In this document: piece after piece, positions 1-10,893 of the stretch
Position numbering within the stretch: the first letter of the stretch is position 1
How the letters are laid out: every line of letters starts with the position of its first letter
Assembly: GCA_026002915.1 (NCBI GenBank)
Contig: BPGG01000001.1
Span: 1,574,463-1,638,462 of the forward strand
Source: Acidimicrobiales bacterium
GTDB taxonomy: Bacteria; Actinomycetota; Acidimicrobiia; Acidimicrobiales; BPGG01
DNA length: 64,000 bases
Reading direction: 5' to 3'
Program-made: the position numbers and the translations under genes
Notes under the pieces: model-generated
Told to the model about the DNA's origin: nothing
What the model saw: the letters and a program-made list of their open reading frames with translations, nothing else
Database searches by the model: none

Positions 1-112
1 AAACGCTGTATCTCGATCGGTGAAATCGGGTTGTCGGCGTGTGCCCGGATGGGGCGTGTGTCGGGGCAAAGCGCGTCTGTCGGGACGGAGGGGCACGGAA
101 GGCGCGGGCCGG

Positions 113-505
113 TCACTCGGTCCATCCGATCCTGCACCAGGTGTGTCGCCCGCACACCGGGCAGCGCATCCAATGAGGGTGACGACGGAAGGGGATCCAC
201 AGCGACAGCGAGACGAGACGCAGACCGACGTCGAGAAGTGACGTCCTGACACGTGCCGAGCACTCGGAGCACTCCACCAAGACCGTCCCCGGTCGGGGCG
301 GACCGCTGGAGAACAGGGCTTCCCTTCCGTCGGGCATGGGTCCGCTCGTCAGTGCATCCGGTGGCGACTGGACCGGTGCCGAGAAAAGGGCCGCTTTTCC
401 CGCGGGATCCAGCCTCCTGGCCATCTCGCCGGTCGATGATCCCGGCGAAGGATCTCTGGCAGTTCTCCCACTCGTGTGGTCGCCGGCCATCCTCACGTGC
501 TCCAC
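113..505 (-). CDS. Small hypothetical protein with C-terminal zinc-ribbon-like CxxC...CxxC
   Basis: 130-aa ORF. CSEC and CPVC pairs flank a hydrophobic stretch. An internal ATG at 490 would remove the 13-nt overlap with the upstream parA-like gene. No family recognised. Confidence 0.4.
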   Translation of the reverse strand: MEHVRMAGDHTSGRTARDPSPGSSTGEMARRLDPAGKAALFSAPVQSPPDALTSGPMPDGREALFSSGPPRPGTVLVECSECSARVRTSLLDVGLRLVSLSLWIPFRRHPHWMRCPVCGRHTWCRIGWTE

Positions 506-1359
506 AGATGCGCACTGAGCTCGCGGTAGGCGGCGGCACCGGCGGAGCGGGGAGCGTGCTCGAGGATCGTCTGCCCTCGCGCAGGTGCCTCTGCGAAACG
601 GACGGACTTCGGTATGGGCGGTTCGAACACGTGCAACCCGAACTCCTGCCTCACCTGTTGGACGACCTGTCGGGCGAGGTTCGTGCGACCGTCGAACATG
701 GTTGCGATCACCCCTCTCACCACGAGACCGGGGTTGGTGTAGGCACGGACGTCGTCGATCGTCTCGAGGAGCTGTCTGACTCCTCGCCTCCCCAGCGTCT
801 CACATTGGAGCGGGATCAGCACCTCGTCGGCCGCCGTGAGCCCGTTGATCGTCAGGATCCCCAGAGACGGCGGGCAGTCGATCAGCACGACGTCGTATGA
901 GCCGCGGACCCCCTCCAGCGCTCTCTTCAGCGCGTATTCGCGACCTGTGCGTGCGAGGAGGTGCACTTCGGAACCGGCCAGATCGATCGTCGCCGGCACG
1001 AGGTGCAGGAAGTCGCGGACCTTCAAGATCACGTCGTCGATGCTTTCTCTCCCGAGGATGACGTCGTGTAGTGACCTCTCGAGGGAGTCGGGATCGTTGC
1101 CGCTGGAAAAGGTGAGGCAGGCCTGAGGATCGAGGTCGACCAGCAGCACTCGGATTCCTCGTTCGGCCAAGGCTGCGCCCAAGGTGTGGACGGTGGTCGT
1201 CTTGGCCACTCCTCCCTTTTGGTTCGCCACCGCCGTCACCCCGGCCACGATCGGAGCATAGATGCGACGGGCTGTCGTTGCGTCCAGAGCCGGACCTTGG
1301 CGCTGAGGGCGAGAGCACGGTTCTCCTAGTGGGTCGATTCGAACGGCGAACGCAGCCAC
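493..1359 (-). CDS. ParA/Soj-family P-loop ATPase (orphan, no parB nearby)
   Basis: Deviant Walker A (VANQKGGVAKTTT), then LLVDLDPQ and DVVLIDCPPSLG motifs. The N-terminal ~40 aa of the ORF may not be translated. Confidence 0.85.
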   Translation of the reverse strand: MAAFAVRIDPLGEPCSRPQRQGPALDATTARRIYAPIVAGVTAVANQKGGVAKTTTVHTLGAALAERGIRVLLVDLDPQACLTFSSGNDPDSLERSLHDVILGRESIDDVILKVRDFLHLVPATIDLAGSEVHLLARTGREYALKRALEGVRGSYDVVLIDCPPSLGILTINGLTAADEVLIPLQCETLGRRGVRQLLETIDDVRAYTNPGLVVRGVIATMFDGRTNLARQVVQQVRQEFGLHVFEPPIPKSVRFAEAPARGQTILEHAPRSAGAAAYRELSAHLWST

Positions 1360-1422
1360 GGCGCAGATCGGGCCGGATGATTCGGGGTGTAATCGCCCGC
1401 GGTCGCGGCTACCGTTCGACCG

Positions 1423-2882
<1,460 letters not shown>

Positions 2883-2886
<4 letters not shown>

Positions 2887-3650
2887 GCCCTCCAGTAGCC
2901 GTCACCTTCGATTTCTGGAACACGCTGGTCAGGGCTACGCCCGGTCGCTTCAGGCGGGTGCGTGCACGTCGGTGGCGTGAGCTGCTGGTCGCCGAGGGTG
3001 TGCAGGTGGAGGAGGAGTTCCTCTTGGACCTCTTTGGCCGGGTCGTGGGGGTTTTCGAAGAGCATTGGGCGGCGAACCGCCAGTTCACTGCCGAAGACGG
3101 TGCTGCCACCGCTCTCGGCTGGCTGGCCGAGGCCACGGAGGTGCCGCCTCGTCTGAGAGACGCTCTGGTGGAGTCGTTCGTGCGGGCTGGCGAGGATTTC
3201 GAAGTAGAAGTGGCGCCCGACGCGGGAGCCGTCCTCGCGGCTCTTGCCGATGCAGGAGTGCCGGTGGGGATCGTCTGTGACGTCGGGATGACACCGAGCT
3301 TCATCCTTCGCGAGTATCTGACCCGCCACGGTCTCGACCGGCACGTCACCCACATGTCCTTCTCCGACGAGGTCGGTTCGTACAAGCCGTCGCCGACGAT
3401 CTTTCGGCACGCCCTGGAGGGTCTCGGGGTGGCTGATCCGGCTGCGACGGTCCACGTGGGCGACCTTCGCAGGACGGATGTGGCCGGTGCCCGCGGTATG
3501 GGGATGTTGTCGGTTCGCTACCGGGCCATGGTGGACGACGTCCCCGGTGAGGAGTCGCCGGATCCGTACCCCGAGGCCCATCACGTCGTGGACGATCATC
3601 GGTCGGTGGCGCGACTCTTCGGCCTGGAGGTCGTGGAGGTCGCCGGGTGA
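2883..3650 (+). CDS. HAD-superfamily hydrolase
   Basis: GTGA overlap with the upstream stop. HAD motif I-like VTFDFWNTLV, then SDEVGSYKPSPTIF and VHVGD. Confidence 0.75.
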
Positions 3651-4417
3651 GTCTCGACGTCGAACGGGTGGGTGAGGTCCTCGTCGTCACGATCGACAGG
3701 CCGGAACGTCGCAACGCCGTCGATGCGGCCACCGCCGAGTCCCTGTACGGAGTCTTCGTCGAATTCGAGAGCGACGCCGAGACGAAGGCAGCGGTCCTCA
3801 CCGGTGCCGGGGGCACCTTCTGTGCAGGTGCGGATCTGAAGGCCATCGCCGAGGGTCGGCCCAACCGGGTGGATCCGGACGTCGCACAGCCGGGCCCGAT
3901 GGGCTGCACTCGGCTCACGCTTTCCAAGCCTGTGATCGCCGCAGTGGAAGGTCACGCAGTGGCCGGCGGCCTGGAGCTGGCCCTCTGGTGCGACCTCCGC
4001 GTGGCGGCGAGGGACGCTGTGTTCGGAGTGTTCTGTCGCAGGTGGGGGGTGCCGTTGGTCGACGGCGGTACCGTGAGACTCCCTCGCCTGATCGGTCTGT
4101 CGAGGGCAATGGACATGATCCTCACGGGGAGGCCGGTGGACGCGGTCGAGGCTTTCGAATGGGGTCTGGTGAACAGGCTCGCAGAGAGCGGGCGAGCTCT
4201 GGAGGTGGCGTTGGATCTCGCCACATCGCTCTGCAGGTTGCCGCAGAACTGCCTCAGGAGCGACAGGAGATCGGCGTTGGAAGCTTGGGGTCTCTCCGAG
4301 AAGGAAGCCTTGGCGAACGAGACCAGACTCGGTCTCGAGACGATTCGGACGGGGGAGACCCTAGAGGGAGCACGGCGGTTCTCTGAAGGTCAGGGAAGGC
4401 ACGGGGCTCCCGTGTGA
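3647..4417 (+). CDS. Enoyl-CoA hydratase/isomerase (crotonase family)
   Basis: GTGA overlap with the upstream stop. Crotonase motifs RNAVD, FCAGADLK and AAVEGHAVAGGLELALWCDLRVA. Confidence 0.85.
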   Translation: MSLDVERVGEVLVVTIDRPERRNAVDAATAESLYGVFVEFESDAETKAAVLTGAGGTFCAGADLKAIAEGRPNRVDPDVAQPGPMGCTRLTLSKPVIAAVEGHAVAGGLELALWCDLRVAARDAVFGVFCRRWGVPLVDGGTVRLPRLIGLSRAMDMILTGRPVDAVEAFEWGLVNRLAESGRALEVALDLATSLCRLPQNCLRSDRRSALEAWGLSEKEALANETRLGLETIRTGETLEGARRFSEGQGRHGAPV

Positions 4418-4484
4418 GGCTAGTTCCCTCCCGAGGAGCGTTCCTCGGCGAGTCCGCCTCGGGCACTCCGATTCTCGTCTGGCG

Positions 4485-4557
4485 TGGTCGGGACCGGCGT
4501 CGATCCGGTGACCTTCCGCTTTTCAGGCGGACGCTCTACCAACTGAGCTACCCGACC
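4485..4557 (-). tRNA. tRNA-Phe (GAA)
   Basis: Reverse complement reads GGTCGGGTAGCTCAGTTGGTAGAGC...CCTGAAAAGG...GGATCGACGCCGGTCCCGACCA. This gives a cloverleaf with anticodon loop CTGAAAA. CCA is not encoded. Confidence 0.9.
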
Positions 4558-4651
4558 GTTTGGGCGTCGAACGCCGTGCGACGCTCGATGCTAACGGCCA
4601 CTACCCGCATCCGACGCAGACACCCGCGTCGGCGCTCCGGGTAGCGTCCAG

Positions 4652-4726
4652 CGGTCCCGACGGGATTTGAACCCGCGACCTCTGGCTTGACAGGCCAGCG
4701 TGCACTCCAAGCTGCACCACGGGACC
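4652..4726 (-). tRNA. tRNA-Asp (GTC)
   Basis: Reverse complement reads GGTCCCGTGGTGCAGC...GGCCTGTCAAGCC...GGGTTCAAATCCCGTCGGGACCG. Anticodon loop CTGTCAA. Confidence 0.9.
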
Positions 4727-4877
4727 AGCCGGCCGGATGCCTCCGACGAGGAAGTCACGCTACACGCGCAACCCTCCGGCGGCAACGGGAGCACGTGGTC
4801 TTAGTCTCTGTGACCGTGATTCGAGCAGGTGACGCCTTCCACGGCGGGCATCCGAGTCCGGTGAAGAAAGACACGGC

Positions 4878-5402
4878 GTGAACGGATCCGAGCTGTTCCC
4901 CGCGGACGAACTCGTCGAGGTGGTCGACGGTGAGGGGCGGGTGTTGGACATAGTGCCCCGTCGCCTGATGCGAGAGAGGAACCTGCGCCATCGGACCGTG
5001 TTCGTCGTTCTGATCGATTCCCGCGGACGCCTCGTCGTTCATCGCCGAGCGGACTGGAAGGACGTGTGGCCGGGCCACTGGGACGTCGCGTTCGGGGGTG
5101 TGTGTCTCGTCGACGAGCCTTGGATCGAGGCCGCGCGGCGCGAACTCAGGGAGGAAGTGGGGGTGACTGCTCCCCTGAGAGAACTCGGCAGCGGCCGGTA
5201 CGAAGACGACACAGTACGTGAGATCGCATCCGTCTTCCTCGCGATCTCCGACGGTCCCTACGAGTTTCCCGACGGCGAGGTGACCGAACACGCACTGGTC
5301 CCGATCGACGACCTGAGAGTGTGGGTAGGCGGGCGCCGCTGCTGTCCGGACTCCATGGCGATCGTGGTCCCCCTCCTCGAGCGCATGGACTCGAAACCGT
5401 GA
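4878..5402 (+). CDS. NUDIX hydrolase
   Basis: Nudix box GGVCLVDEPWIEAARRELREEVGV (Gx5Ex7REUxEExGU). GTG start. Confidence 0.8.
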   Translation: MNGSELFPADELVEVVDGEGRVLDIVPRRLMRERNLRHRTVFVVLIDSRGRLVVHRRADWKDVWPGHWDVAFGGVCLVDEPWIEAARRELREEVGVTAPLRELGSGRYEDDTVREIASVFLAISDGPYEFPDGEVTEHALVPIDDLRVWVGGRRCCPDSMAIVVPLLERMDSKP

Positions 5403-5423
5403 TACCACGGAGTCATCTCGAAG

Positions 5424-5496
5424 CACCCCCGACCGGATTCGAACCGGCGTTACCAGCTTGAAAGGCTGGCGTCCTAGGCCGCTGGACGACGGGGGC
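5424..5496 (-). tRNA. tRNA-Glu (TTC)
   Basis: Reverse complement reads GCCCCCGTCGTCCAGCGGCCTAGGACGCCAGCCTTTCAAGCTGG...GGTTCGAATCCGGTCGGGGGTG. Anticodon loop CTTTCAA. Confidence 0.9.
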
Positions 5497-5537
5497 AGGT
5501 GGCTTCACGCTAGCGGGACGGCGAGCAGGCGCGGTCG

Positions 5538-5999
5538 CTAAGGCCTTCCGAAGCTCGACGCCAAGCCGTCGACGATCTCCTCCAGGAGTATCCCCAGAGC
5601 GTGGTACAGCCGCACGAGGTCCTCGTCGGGCGATCCGGGTACGAGCTCCGGACCTTCGTCTTCCCGTACGCCCAACCTCGTCCCGATCACGAGCCGGAGG
5701 TCGTTCACCGAACGCATGAGGCACTCCAGGGCCTCGGTGTCGGCCTCTGCCGACTCGAGCGTTCGGTCGACGAGGTCCAGCGCTTCGAGGCGGCGGGCGA
5801 GTAGCTCGTCGTGTACCAGCCGATGCCACTCCCGGCTCCTGTCCTCGTCGTCGCCGTATCCGGGCGGATAGAGGCGGGCCAGTGCCGGGTCCTCGTCCGC
5901 CAGCAACAGCTCACGCAGTTCGGCCACCAGCCTCCGGAGGACGGCGCGTTCGTCCGGACTCAACGCCAGCCGAAACCGGCGTTCGTCAACCCGGGTCAC
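5538..5999 (-). CDS. Conserved actinobacterial ClpS-neighbour protein (DUF2017-like)
   Basis: Sits directly downstream of clpS. Sequence RFRLALSPDERAVLRRLVAELRELL...LYPPGYGDDEDRSREW matches my memory of this family. The start is uncertain: the ORF extends to 6095 and there is an alternative GTG at 6056, but both overlap clpS. Confidence 0.6.
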   Translation of the reverse strand: MTRVDERRFRLALSPDERAVLRRLVAELRELLLADEDPALARLYPPGYGDDEDRSREWHRLVHDELLARRLEALDLVDRTLESAEADTEALECLMRSVNDLRLVIGTRLGVREDEGPELVPGSPDEDLVRLYHALGILLEEIVDGLASSFGRP

Positions 6000-6028
6000 C
6001 CAGCGGTCACGTCTGCGTCTGGGCAGCG

Positions 6029-6334
6029 TCAGACGTCCTTCTGCATCGTCGCCCACAAACCGTGCTCGTGCAGGCGGAACACGTCGAGTTCGCACTTCTC
6101 ACGATCGCCCGAGGACACCACGGCACGTCCCTTGGTGTGCACTTCCCACATGAGCCTCTCGGCCACCTCTCTCGGGTAGCCGAACAGCTTCTGGAACACG
6201 TACGTGACGTATGACATCAGGTTGATCGGGTCATTCCAGACGATGACCACCCACGGGTAGTCGGGTTCGACTCTCGTGTCGCCGGTAGGGCGTTCGACTT
6301 CGACTGGAAGGGTCGTCGCACCGACGCCACTCAC
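6029..6334 (-). CDS. clpS: ATP-dependent Clp protease adaptor ClpS
   Basis: Core [28 protein letters not shown]...[10 protein letters not shown]. The GTG start at 6334 forms a GTGA overlap with the ctaA stop. The rest of the 416-aa track ORF is an upstream read-through artefact. Confidence 0.9.
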   Translation of the reverse strand: MSGVGATTLPVEVERPTGDTRVEPDYPWVVIVWNDPINLMSYVTYVFQKLFGYPREVAERLMWEVHTKGRAVVSSGDREKCELDVFRLHEHGLWATMQKDV

Positions 6335-7395
6335 GACGTCGATTTTGCCCCCACCGAAGAAGAGATCACACCGCCCATGTCCCTTCGAGTACTGCTCACG
6401 CGGACGGCGGCCGGATGGAGCGAGCGGGAGTGGGTCGACGCCGCGAGGTGAAGTCGGACGGTGGCGAGCCAGACGAGCGTGGCACCGAGCAAGTGAACAC
6501 CTACCAGTAGCGCCGGGACGCCGGTGAAGTACTGCGTCCAGCCGACGGCCGCCTGCGCCACGGCGATCCAGAGGAGAGTCCGTGAGCGTCTCGAGATCAC
6601 GTGGGCCGGAGTCCGACGGTTGGACATCACCGCCACCACGAGCGCCAAGGCCAGGAACACGACGACCGTCAACCCATGGATACGAGCCACCACTTCCAAG
6701 GGGAGATCCAGGCGCTCCACTCGCCCGGGGTCCCCGCTGTGGGGGCCGGCAGAAGTCACGAGGGTGCCCGTGACCAAGACCACCGGCGCCCATGCGAGGG
6801 TTGCCGTGACGAGGTCCTGCAGGACGGCGGGGACGGGACCCGGCGGAGTCGAGGAGGAGGAACAGGAGGCAGAGGGAGAAGAGTGGGGTTGCGTGTGAGC
6901 AGAGCCCGCGGGTGACGGGGGCACTAGCTGCGCTCGCTCGCCGCCGCCGTCGGGAATGCCGGACTTCTCGTGGAGGACTGCGGCATTCCAGACGAGGAGC
7001 ATCGACAAAAGGAAGTGCCCGGTCACGGCCAAGGGAGTGAGATGGGTGACAACCACCACGGCGCCGAGGAGTATCTGGGCGAGCAGACCTGCGACCAGCC
7101 CGAGCGACCACCTGACGAGATCTCGTCGCCTCGGCTTCCTGAACAGCGATCCGAGTACGGCGGCCATGACGGATAACGACACGACTCCGGTGAAGAGCCT
7201 GTTTCCGTACTCGACCCAGGCGTGAAATCGCATGGGTGCCACCAACGAACCGCCTTCGCAGGTGGGCCACTCGGGGCAACCGAGCCCCGATCCGGTGAGC
7301 CGCACCGCCCCACCGGTGACGACTATGGCTATGAGGAGAACCAGTGCCGTGCCCGTGACTCGTCGGTAGGTGACCGGGCTCAATGCGAATGTCAC
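6331..7395 (-). CDS. ctaA: Heme A synthase (COX15/CtaA family)
   Basis: N-terminal [19 protein letters not shown] motif and multiple TM segments with conserved His. Divergent from ctaB, as in Bacillus. Confidence 0.85.
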   Translation of the reverse strand: MTFALSPVTYRRVTGTALVLLIAIVVTGGAVRLTGSGLGCPEWPTCEGGSLVAPMRFHAWVEYGNRLFTGVVSLSVMAAVLGSLFRKPRRRDLVRWSLGLVAGLLAQILLGAVVVVTHLTPLAVTGHFLLSMLLVWNAAVLHEKSGIPDGGGERAQLVPPSPAGSAHTQPHSSPSASCSSSSTPPGPVPAVLQDLVTATLAWAPVVLVTGTLVTSAGPHSGDPGRVERLDLPLEVVARIHGLTVVVFLALALVVAVMSNRRTPAHVISRRSRTLLWIAVAQAAVGWTQYFTGVPALLVGVHLLGATLVWLATVRLHLAASTHSRSLHPAAVRVSSTRRDMGGVISSSVGAKSTS

Positions 7396-7433
7396 TTGCG
7401 TGAGGGTACGGTCGATCGGCTTAGACTGTCACC

Positions 7434-8399
7434 ATGGCCACGGGCTCGGAGGCGGCAGCATCGCCGAGGTGGGGTTCCGAAGCGGTGCGCGACGGTCATC
7501 CGCACGGGAGCGTGCCGAGACGGACCTCGAGTCTCCGAGCGCGGTGCGCCGCGTTCTTGGAGTTGACCAAGCCCCGCATCATCGAGCTCCTGCTCGTGAC
7601 CACGGTGCCCTCTATGGTGCTGGCTCACGGAGGCATTCCCCCGATCGGGCTCGTGGTCGCGACGGTCCTGGGCGGCACCTTGGCTGCGGGAGGGGCGAAT
7701 GCCCTCAACATGGTGATCGACCGGGATGTCGACCGCGTGATGGCCCGTACGTCGGGACGCCCGCTGGTCACCGGCCGCGTGTCGCCGGCGGAAGCGACCT
7801 TGTTCGCCTTGGGTTGCGAGGTGGTCGCCTTCCTCATCCTCTGGAGATGGGTGAACTTGCTCGCCGCGCTGCTCGCATTCGGAGCTTTCGCCTTCTACGT
7901 CGTGGTGTACACCTTGTGGCTCAAGCGACGGTCCAGGCAGAACATCGTCATCGGAGGTGCGGCCGGAGCGGCCCCGACGCTCATCGGTTGGGCGGCCGTG
8001 ACGGGCGAGCTGGCACTGCCCGCGTGGATCCTCTTCTTAGTCGTCTTCTTGTGGACCCCTCCGCATTTTTGGGCGCTTGCGCTGCGCTACAGGGACGACT
8101 ACTCGGTTGCCCGTATCCCGATGCTGCCTGCCGTCGCGGGGACCGCCTCGGTGACGCGGAGCATCCTCGCGTACGCTGCCGCCGTAGTCGCGTGCAGCCT
8201 TCTACTTCCATTCGCCTCAGAGACAGGCCTGATCTACTCCGTGGTCGCCCTGGGGTCCGGCGTGTCGTTCGTGTGGTCGGCGTTCGAGCTACACAGGAGG
8301 CCGACAGCCTCGAACGCGATGAGGGTGTTCGCTTTTTCCATCACCTACCTGGCGCTGCTGTTCGGTGCGATCGGCGCGGACGTCCTGCTACGCGCCTGA
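7434..8399 (+). CDS. ctaB: Protoheme IX farnesyltransferase (heme O synthase)
   Basis: UbiA-type motifs LTKPRII, NMVIDRDVDRVMARTSGRPL and TPPHFWALAL. Confidence 0.9.
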   Translation: MATGSEAAASPRWGSEAVRDGHPHGSVPRRTSSLRARCAAFLELTKPRIIELLLVTTVPSMVLAHGGIPPIGLVVATVLGGTLAAGGANALNMVIDRDVDRVMARTSGRPLVTGRVSPAEATLFALGCEVVAFLILWRWVNLLAALLAFGAFAFYVVVYTLWLKRRSRQNIVIGGAAGAAPTLIGWAAVTGELALPAWILFLVVFLWTPPHFWALALRYRDDYSVARIPMLPAVAGTASVTRSILAYAAAVVACSLLLPFASETGLIYSVVALGSGVSFVWSAFELHRRPTASNAMRVFAFSITYLALLFGAIGADVLLRA

Positions 8400-8510
8400 T
8401 CGGCGCGGCCGGGTGTCGAATTCGCCTTCGACAGGGTGTCTCGGGACCGCACGAGCCGGCCACGGCCGTGAATGTGCATTTCGTTTCGGGTACGGGCCCA
8501 TGTGTAGAGT

Positions 8511-8566
8511 CGTGCCCGACAAGCGTTTGCCAAGCATCTTGGGCCGGCGCGCGGCCGTGCCCGACA
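8511..8566 (+). repeat. 11-nt direct repeat CGTGCCCGACA x2 (45-bp period) in the intergenic region upstream of the CoxI-like gene
   Basis: Identical 11-mers at 8511..8521 and 8556..8566 inside the 186-nt ctaB/CoxI-like spacer. Confidence 0.5.
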
Positions 8567-8585
8567 GTGAGGGTCGGACCACGAA

Positions 8586-10283
8586 ATGGCCGTTACACAC
8601 ATCGAAACAGTTCCGGAGGTCGTGACGCCCGATGGCGAAGACGGCCATCGGCACTACCGGCTCCCGCCGGCGGCGTCCACAGCCGATGGGGGGCCGGTCG
8701 GCCTGATTGCATCCAACGATCACAAGGCGACGGGGCGTTTGTTCCTCGTCGGTTCGCTGATCGCGCTGGTCGGGACGTTCGTGCTGCAGGCCGCTCTCGA
8801 CGTCGAGCGCGTGGATCAGTCGCGGTTCGGGTTGTTCGGTGTGGACACCTACTTCCAGTTCCTGTCGCTGCACCAGGTCTCCGCGGTTCTCTTGGGCGTC
8901 CTGCCTCTCACCGTCGGAGTCGCGATGATCGTGGTCCCTCTCCAGGTCGGCGCGCGAACCGTCGCATTCCCCCGAGCGGCTTCGCTCTCGTTCTGGGGCT
9001 GGTTGGCAGGGTCGGTGATAGTGCTGGCTTCTTATGCTGCCAACGGTGGGCCTGGCGGTGGTGACGCAGAGGGGGTCGAGCTCTTCTTGGCGGGTCTCGT
9101 GTTGGCCGTCGCATCCCTCATCCTCGCTCTCGTCTGTCTCGCCACTACGGTCGTGGCTCTCCGAGCAGAGGGCATGACGCTCGAGCGGGTTCCTTTCTTT
9201 GCCTGGGCGGTGCTCTGCTCGGCGGTCGGATGGTTGCTCACCCTCCCCGCCCTGGCCGCGATCGCGACGCTCGCCCTCGTGGACCTCCAGCAAGGCCGCC
9301 AGCTTTTCGACTCGCAAGCGCTCTGGAGTGCTCTCCACTGGTTCTTCCGTCAGCCGCAGGTGCTGCTCCTCACCGTGCCGGTGTGGGGGGTCCTGCTCGA
9401 CGTGGCAGGGGGCACTTCTGGTGCCAGAGCCCGATTGCGTTGGATATCGCAGGGCGCGATCGCTTTGTCGGCGGCACTGTCTCTGGGCGCCTTCACGCTT
9501 CACCTATACGGCGGAATCGGTGAAGTCTCGAGCGGGAGCCTCTATGACAGCTGGGCCTTCGTGGTTTGGGGAGTTCTGGCGCCACTCCCGATGATCGTGC
9601 TCTGCGGGGCTGGGCTCGACGTTCTGATGAGGGGATCTCGCAGGTTCACTCCGCCCCTGGCAGTAGCCTCGGTGTCCGCTCTGGCAGCACTGTCGGCTGC
9701 CGTGCTCTCGGCAGCAGTGGCCCTGGAGCCGTTGGAGCTGGCGGGAACGAGGGTGGCCGAGGGTGTCGCTTCTCTCGCCGTCGCGGCTACGACGGCCGCG
9801 GCACTCGCCGGCATCGCTTGGTGGGCACCGAAGATCACCGGCCGCCTTCTACCTGCCGGTGGTGTCGTCCTGCTGGCCGCACTGGTGGTCGTGGGCGTGA
9901 TAGCGCTCGGCATCGACCGTGTGGTGTCTGGGGTGTTGGACGAGCCGGACACGGTCGCGGCCGTCGGAGCCACGGAGGGTTCTTTTGACGGGAACATGTT
10001 CGGAATCGCCGAGTCCATGTCGGATGCCGTGGAAGGCCTGGCAGCGGTGGGGGCCATCGGGTCGATGGCACTCGCGCTGGCAGTCGTCCTGGGTGGAGGT
10101 GCGACACTTGCCGTCTCGCTGACGTCGGGCCCTGCTGCTGATGCGAACCCCTGGTCCGCATACACACTGGAATGGCTGGCGCCGTCCCCGCCACCGGAGG
10201 GCAACTTCGATCAGCTCCCCGAGATCGTCTCGCCGGAGCCTGCCTTGGATGAGCGGGAACGTCACGGTGGAGGTGAAGCGTGA
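8586..10283 (+). CDS. Heme-copper oxidase subunit I paralogue lacking most heme/CuB ligands
   Basis: 565 aa. Clear homology to the in-window CtaD: SNDHKATGRLF, FLSLHQV, PLQVGARTVAFPR, GMTLERVPFFAW and C-terminal NPWSAYTLEWLAPSPPPEGNF. However GHPEVY is replaced by RQPQVL, WAHHMF by FTLHLY, and there is no His where HFHYV should lie. Confidence 0.75.
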   Translation: MAVTHIETVPEVVTPDGEDGHRHYRLPPAASTADGGPVGLIASNDHKATGRLFLVGSLIALVGTFVLQAALDVERVDQSRFGLFGVDTYFQFLSLHQVSAVLLGVLPLTVGVAMIVVPLQVGARTVAFPRAASLSFWGWLAGSVIVLASYAANGGPGGGDAEGVELFLAGLVLAVASLILALVCLATTVVALRAEGMTLERVPFFAWAVLCSAVGWLLTLPALAAIATLALVDLQQGRQLFDSQALWSALHWFFRQPQVLLLTVPVWGVLLDVAGGTSGARARLRWISQGAIALSAALSLGAFTLHLYGGIGEVSSGSLYDSWAFVVWGVLAPLPMIVLCGAGLDVLMRGSRRFTPPLAVASVSALAALSAAVLSAAVALEPLELAGTRVAEGVASLAVAATTAAALAGIAWWAPKITGRLLPAGGVVLLAALVVVGVIALGIDRVVSGVLDEPDTVAAVGATEGSFDGNMFGIAESMSDAVEGLAAVGAIGSMALALAVVLGGGATLAVSLTSGPAADANPWSAYTLEWLAPSPPPEGNFDQLPEIVSPEPALDERERHGGGEA

Positions 10284-10885
10284 CATCGACCGACCTGACG
10301 GCGGTTTCGACGAGCGTGGTTCGAGAGCCTCTCGAGCGCCCGCGAGTCGTCTCCGTCGGGATGTCCCTCGTGTGCGTGGCCGTCGGCGTGTGGTTCGCCA
10401 CGTTGCTGGGCGTCTATCTGCTCGCGAGATCCGCTGTTCTGTCTGCGGGAGACGAATGGCTCGGCGGGGTCGACGTGCCGTTACAGACCTCGAACGTCAT
10501 GCTGGCGACGCTGTGCTCGTCTGCGGTCATCGCCCACTGGGCGCACTGGGCCGTCGTGAGGAACGACCGCCGCCACGCCTATCTGGCACTGTTCCTCTTG
10601 CTCGTCTTCGGCGCCGCGTACATCAACGCCACTTCTTGGCAATACCAGCAGATGGGTCTGGTCGCTGCCGAGTCGTTGGCAGGCCTCCTGGTGTATGTGA
10701 TCACGGGCTCGCACTTGGTTCTCACCGTCGTGGGGATGTTGGCGGTGTTCGTCACCGCCTTCAGGGCTCTGGCAGGTCAGTACAAGGCCGACCAGCACGA
10801 CGGGGTCCTCGCGACGGTCGTCCTCTGGGACGTCGTCGTAGCGACTTTCGTTCTCGTGTGGTTCGCCGTCTACATCACGAAGTAG
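10280..10885 (+). CDS. Cytochrome oxidase subunit III-like membrane protein (paralogue)
   Basis: GTGA overlap with the upstream stop. 201 aa, about 5 TM segments. ITGSHLVLTVVGML and VLWDVVVATFVLVWFAVYI align with CtaE LTGFHGAHVTGGIVML and LYWHFVDVVWIVIFAVVYL. Confidence 0.65.
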   Translation: MTSTDLTAVSTSVVREPLERPRVVSVGMSLVCVAVGVWFATLLGVYLLARSAVLSAGDEWLGGVDVPLQTSNVMLATLCSSAVIAHWAHWAVVRNDRRHAYLALFLLLVFGAAYINATSWQYQQMGLVAAESLAGLLVYVITGSHLVLTVVGMLAVFVTAFRALAGQYKADQHDGVLATVVLWDVVVATFVLVWFAVYITK

Positions 10886-10893
10886 GAGTGTCG

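Noticed and set aside
6841-6900. Polypurine-rich tract (GAGGAGGAGGAACAGGAGGCAGAGGGAGAAGAG) that stands out by eye.
   Set aside because: On the minus strand it encodes a Ser/Pro-rich linker ([15 protein letters not shown]) between the two halves of CtaA. The composition is explained by coding, and there is no tandem repeat unit.
6335-7279. Upstream 315 codons of the 416-aa track ORF that ends as ClpS. The same kind of 5' extension occurs for 10141..10893, 11448..11783, 36570..37244, 43733..44398, 46510..47637 and 24823..25200.
   Set aside because: Only the 3' portions carry family motifs. The 5' parts overlap well-supported genes in other frames. Internal starts with SD sequences or start-stop overlaps explain the real genes.
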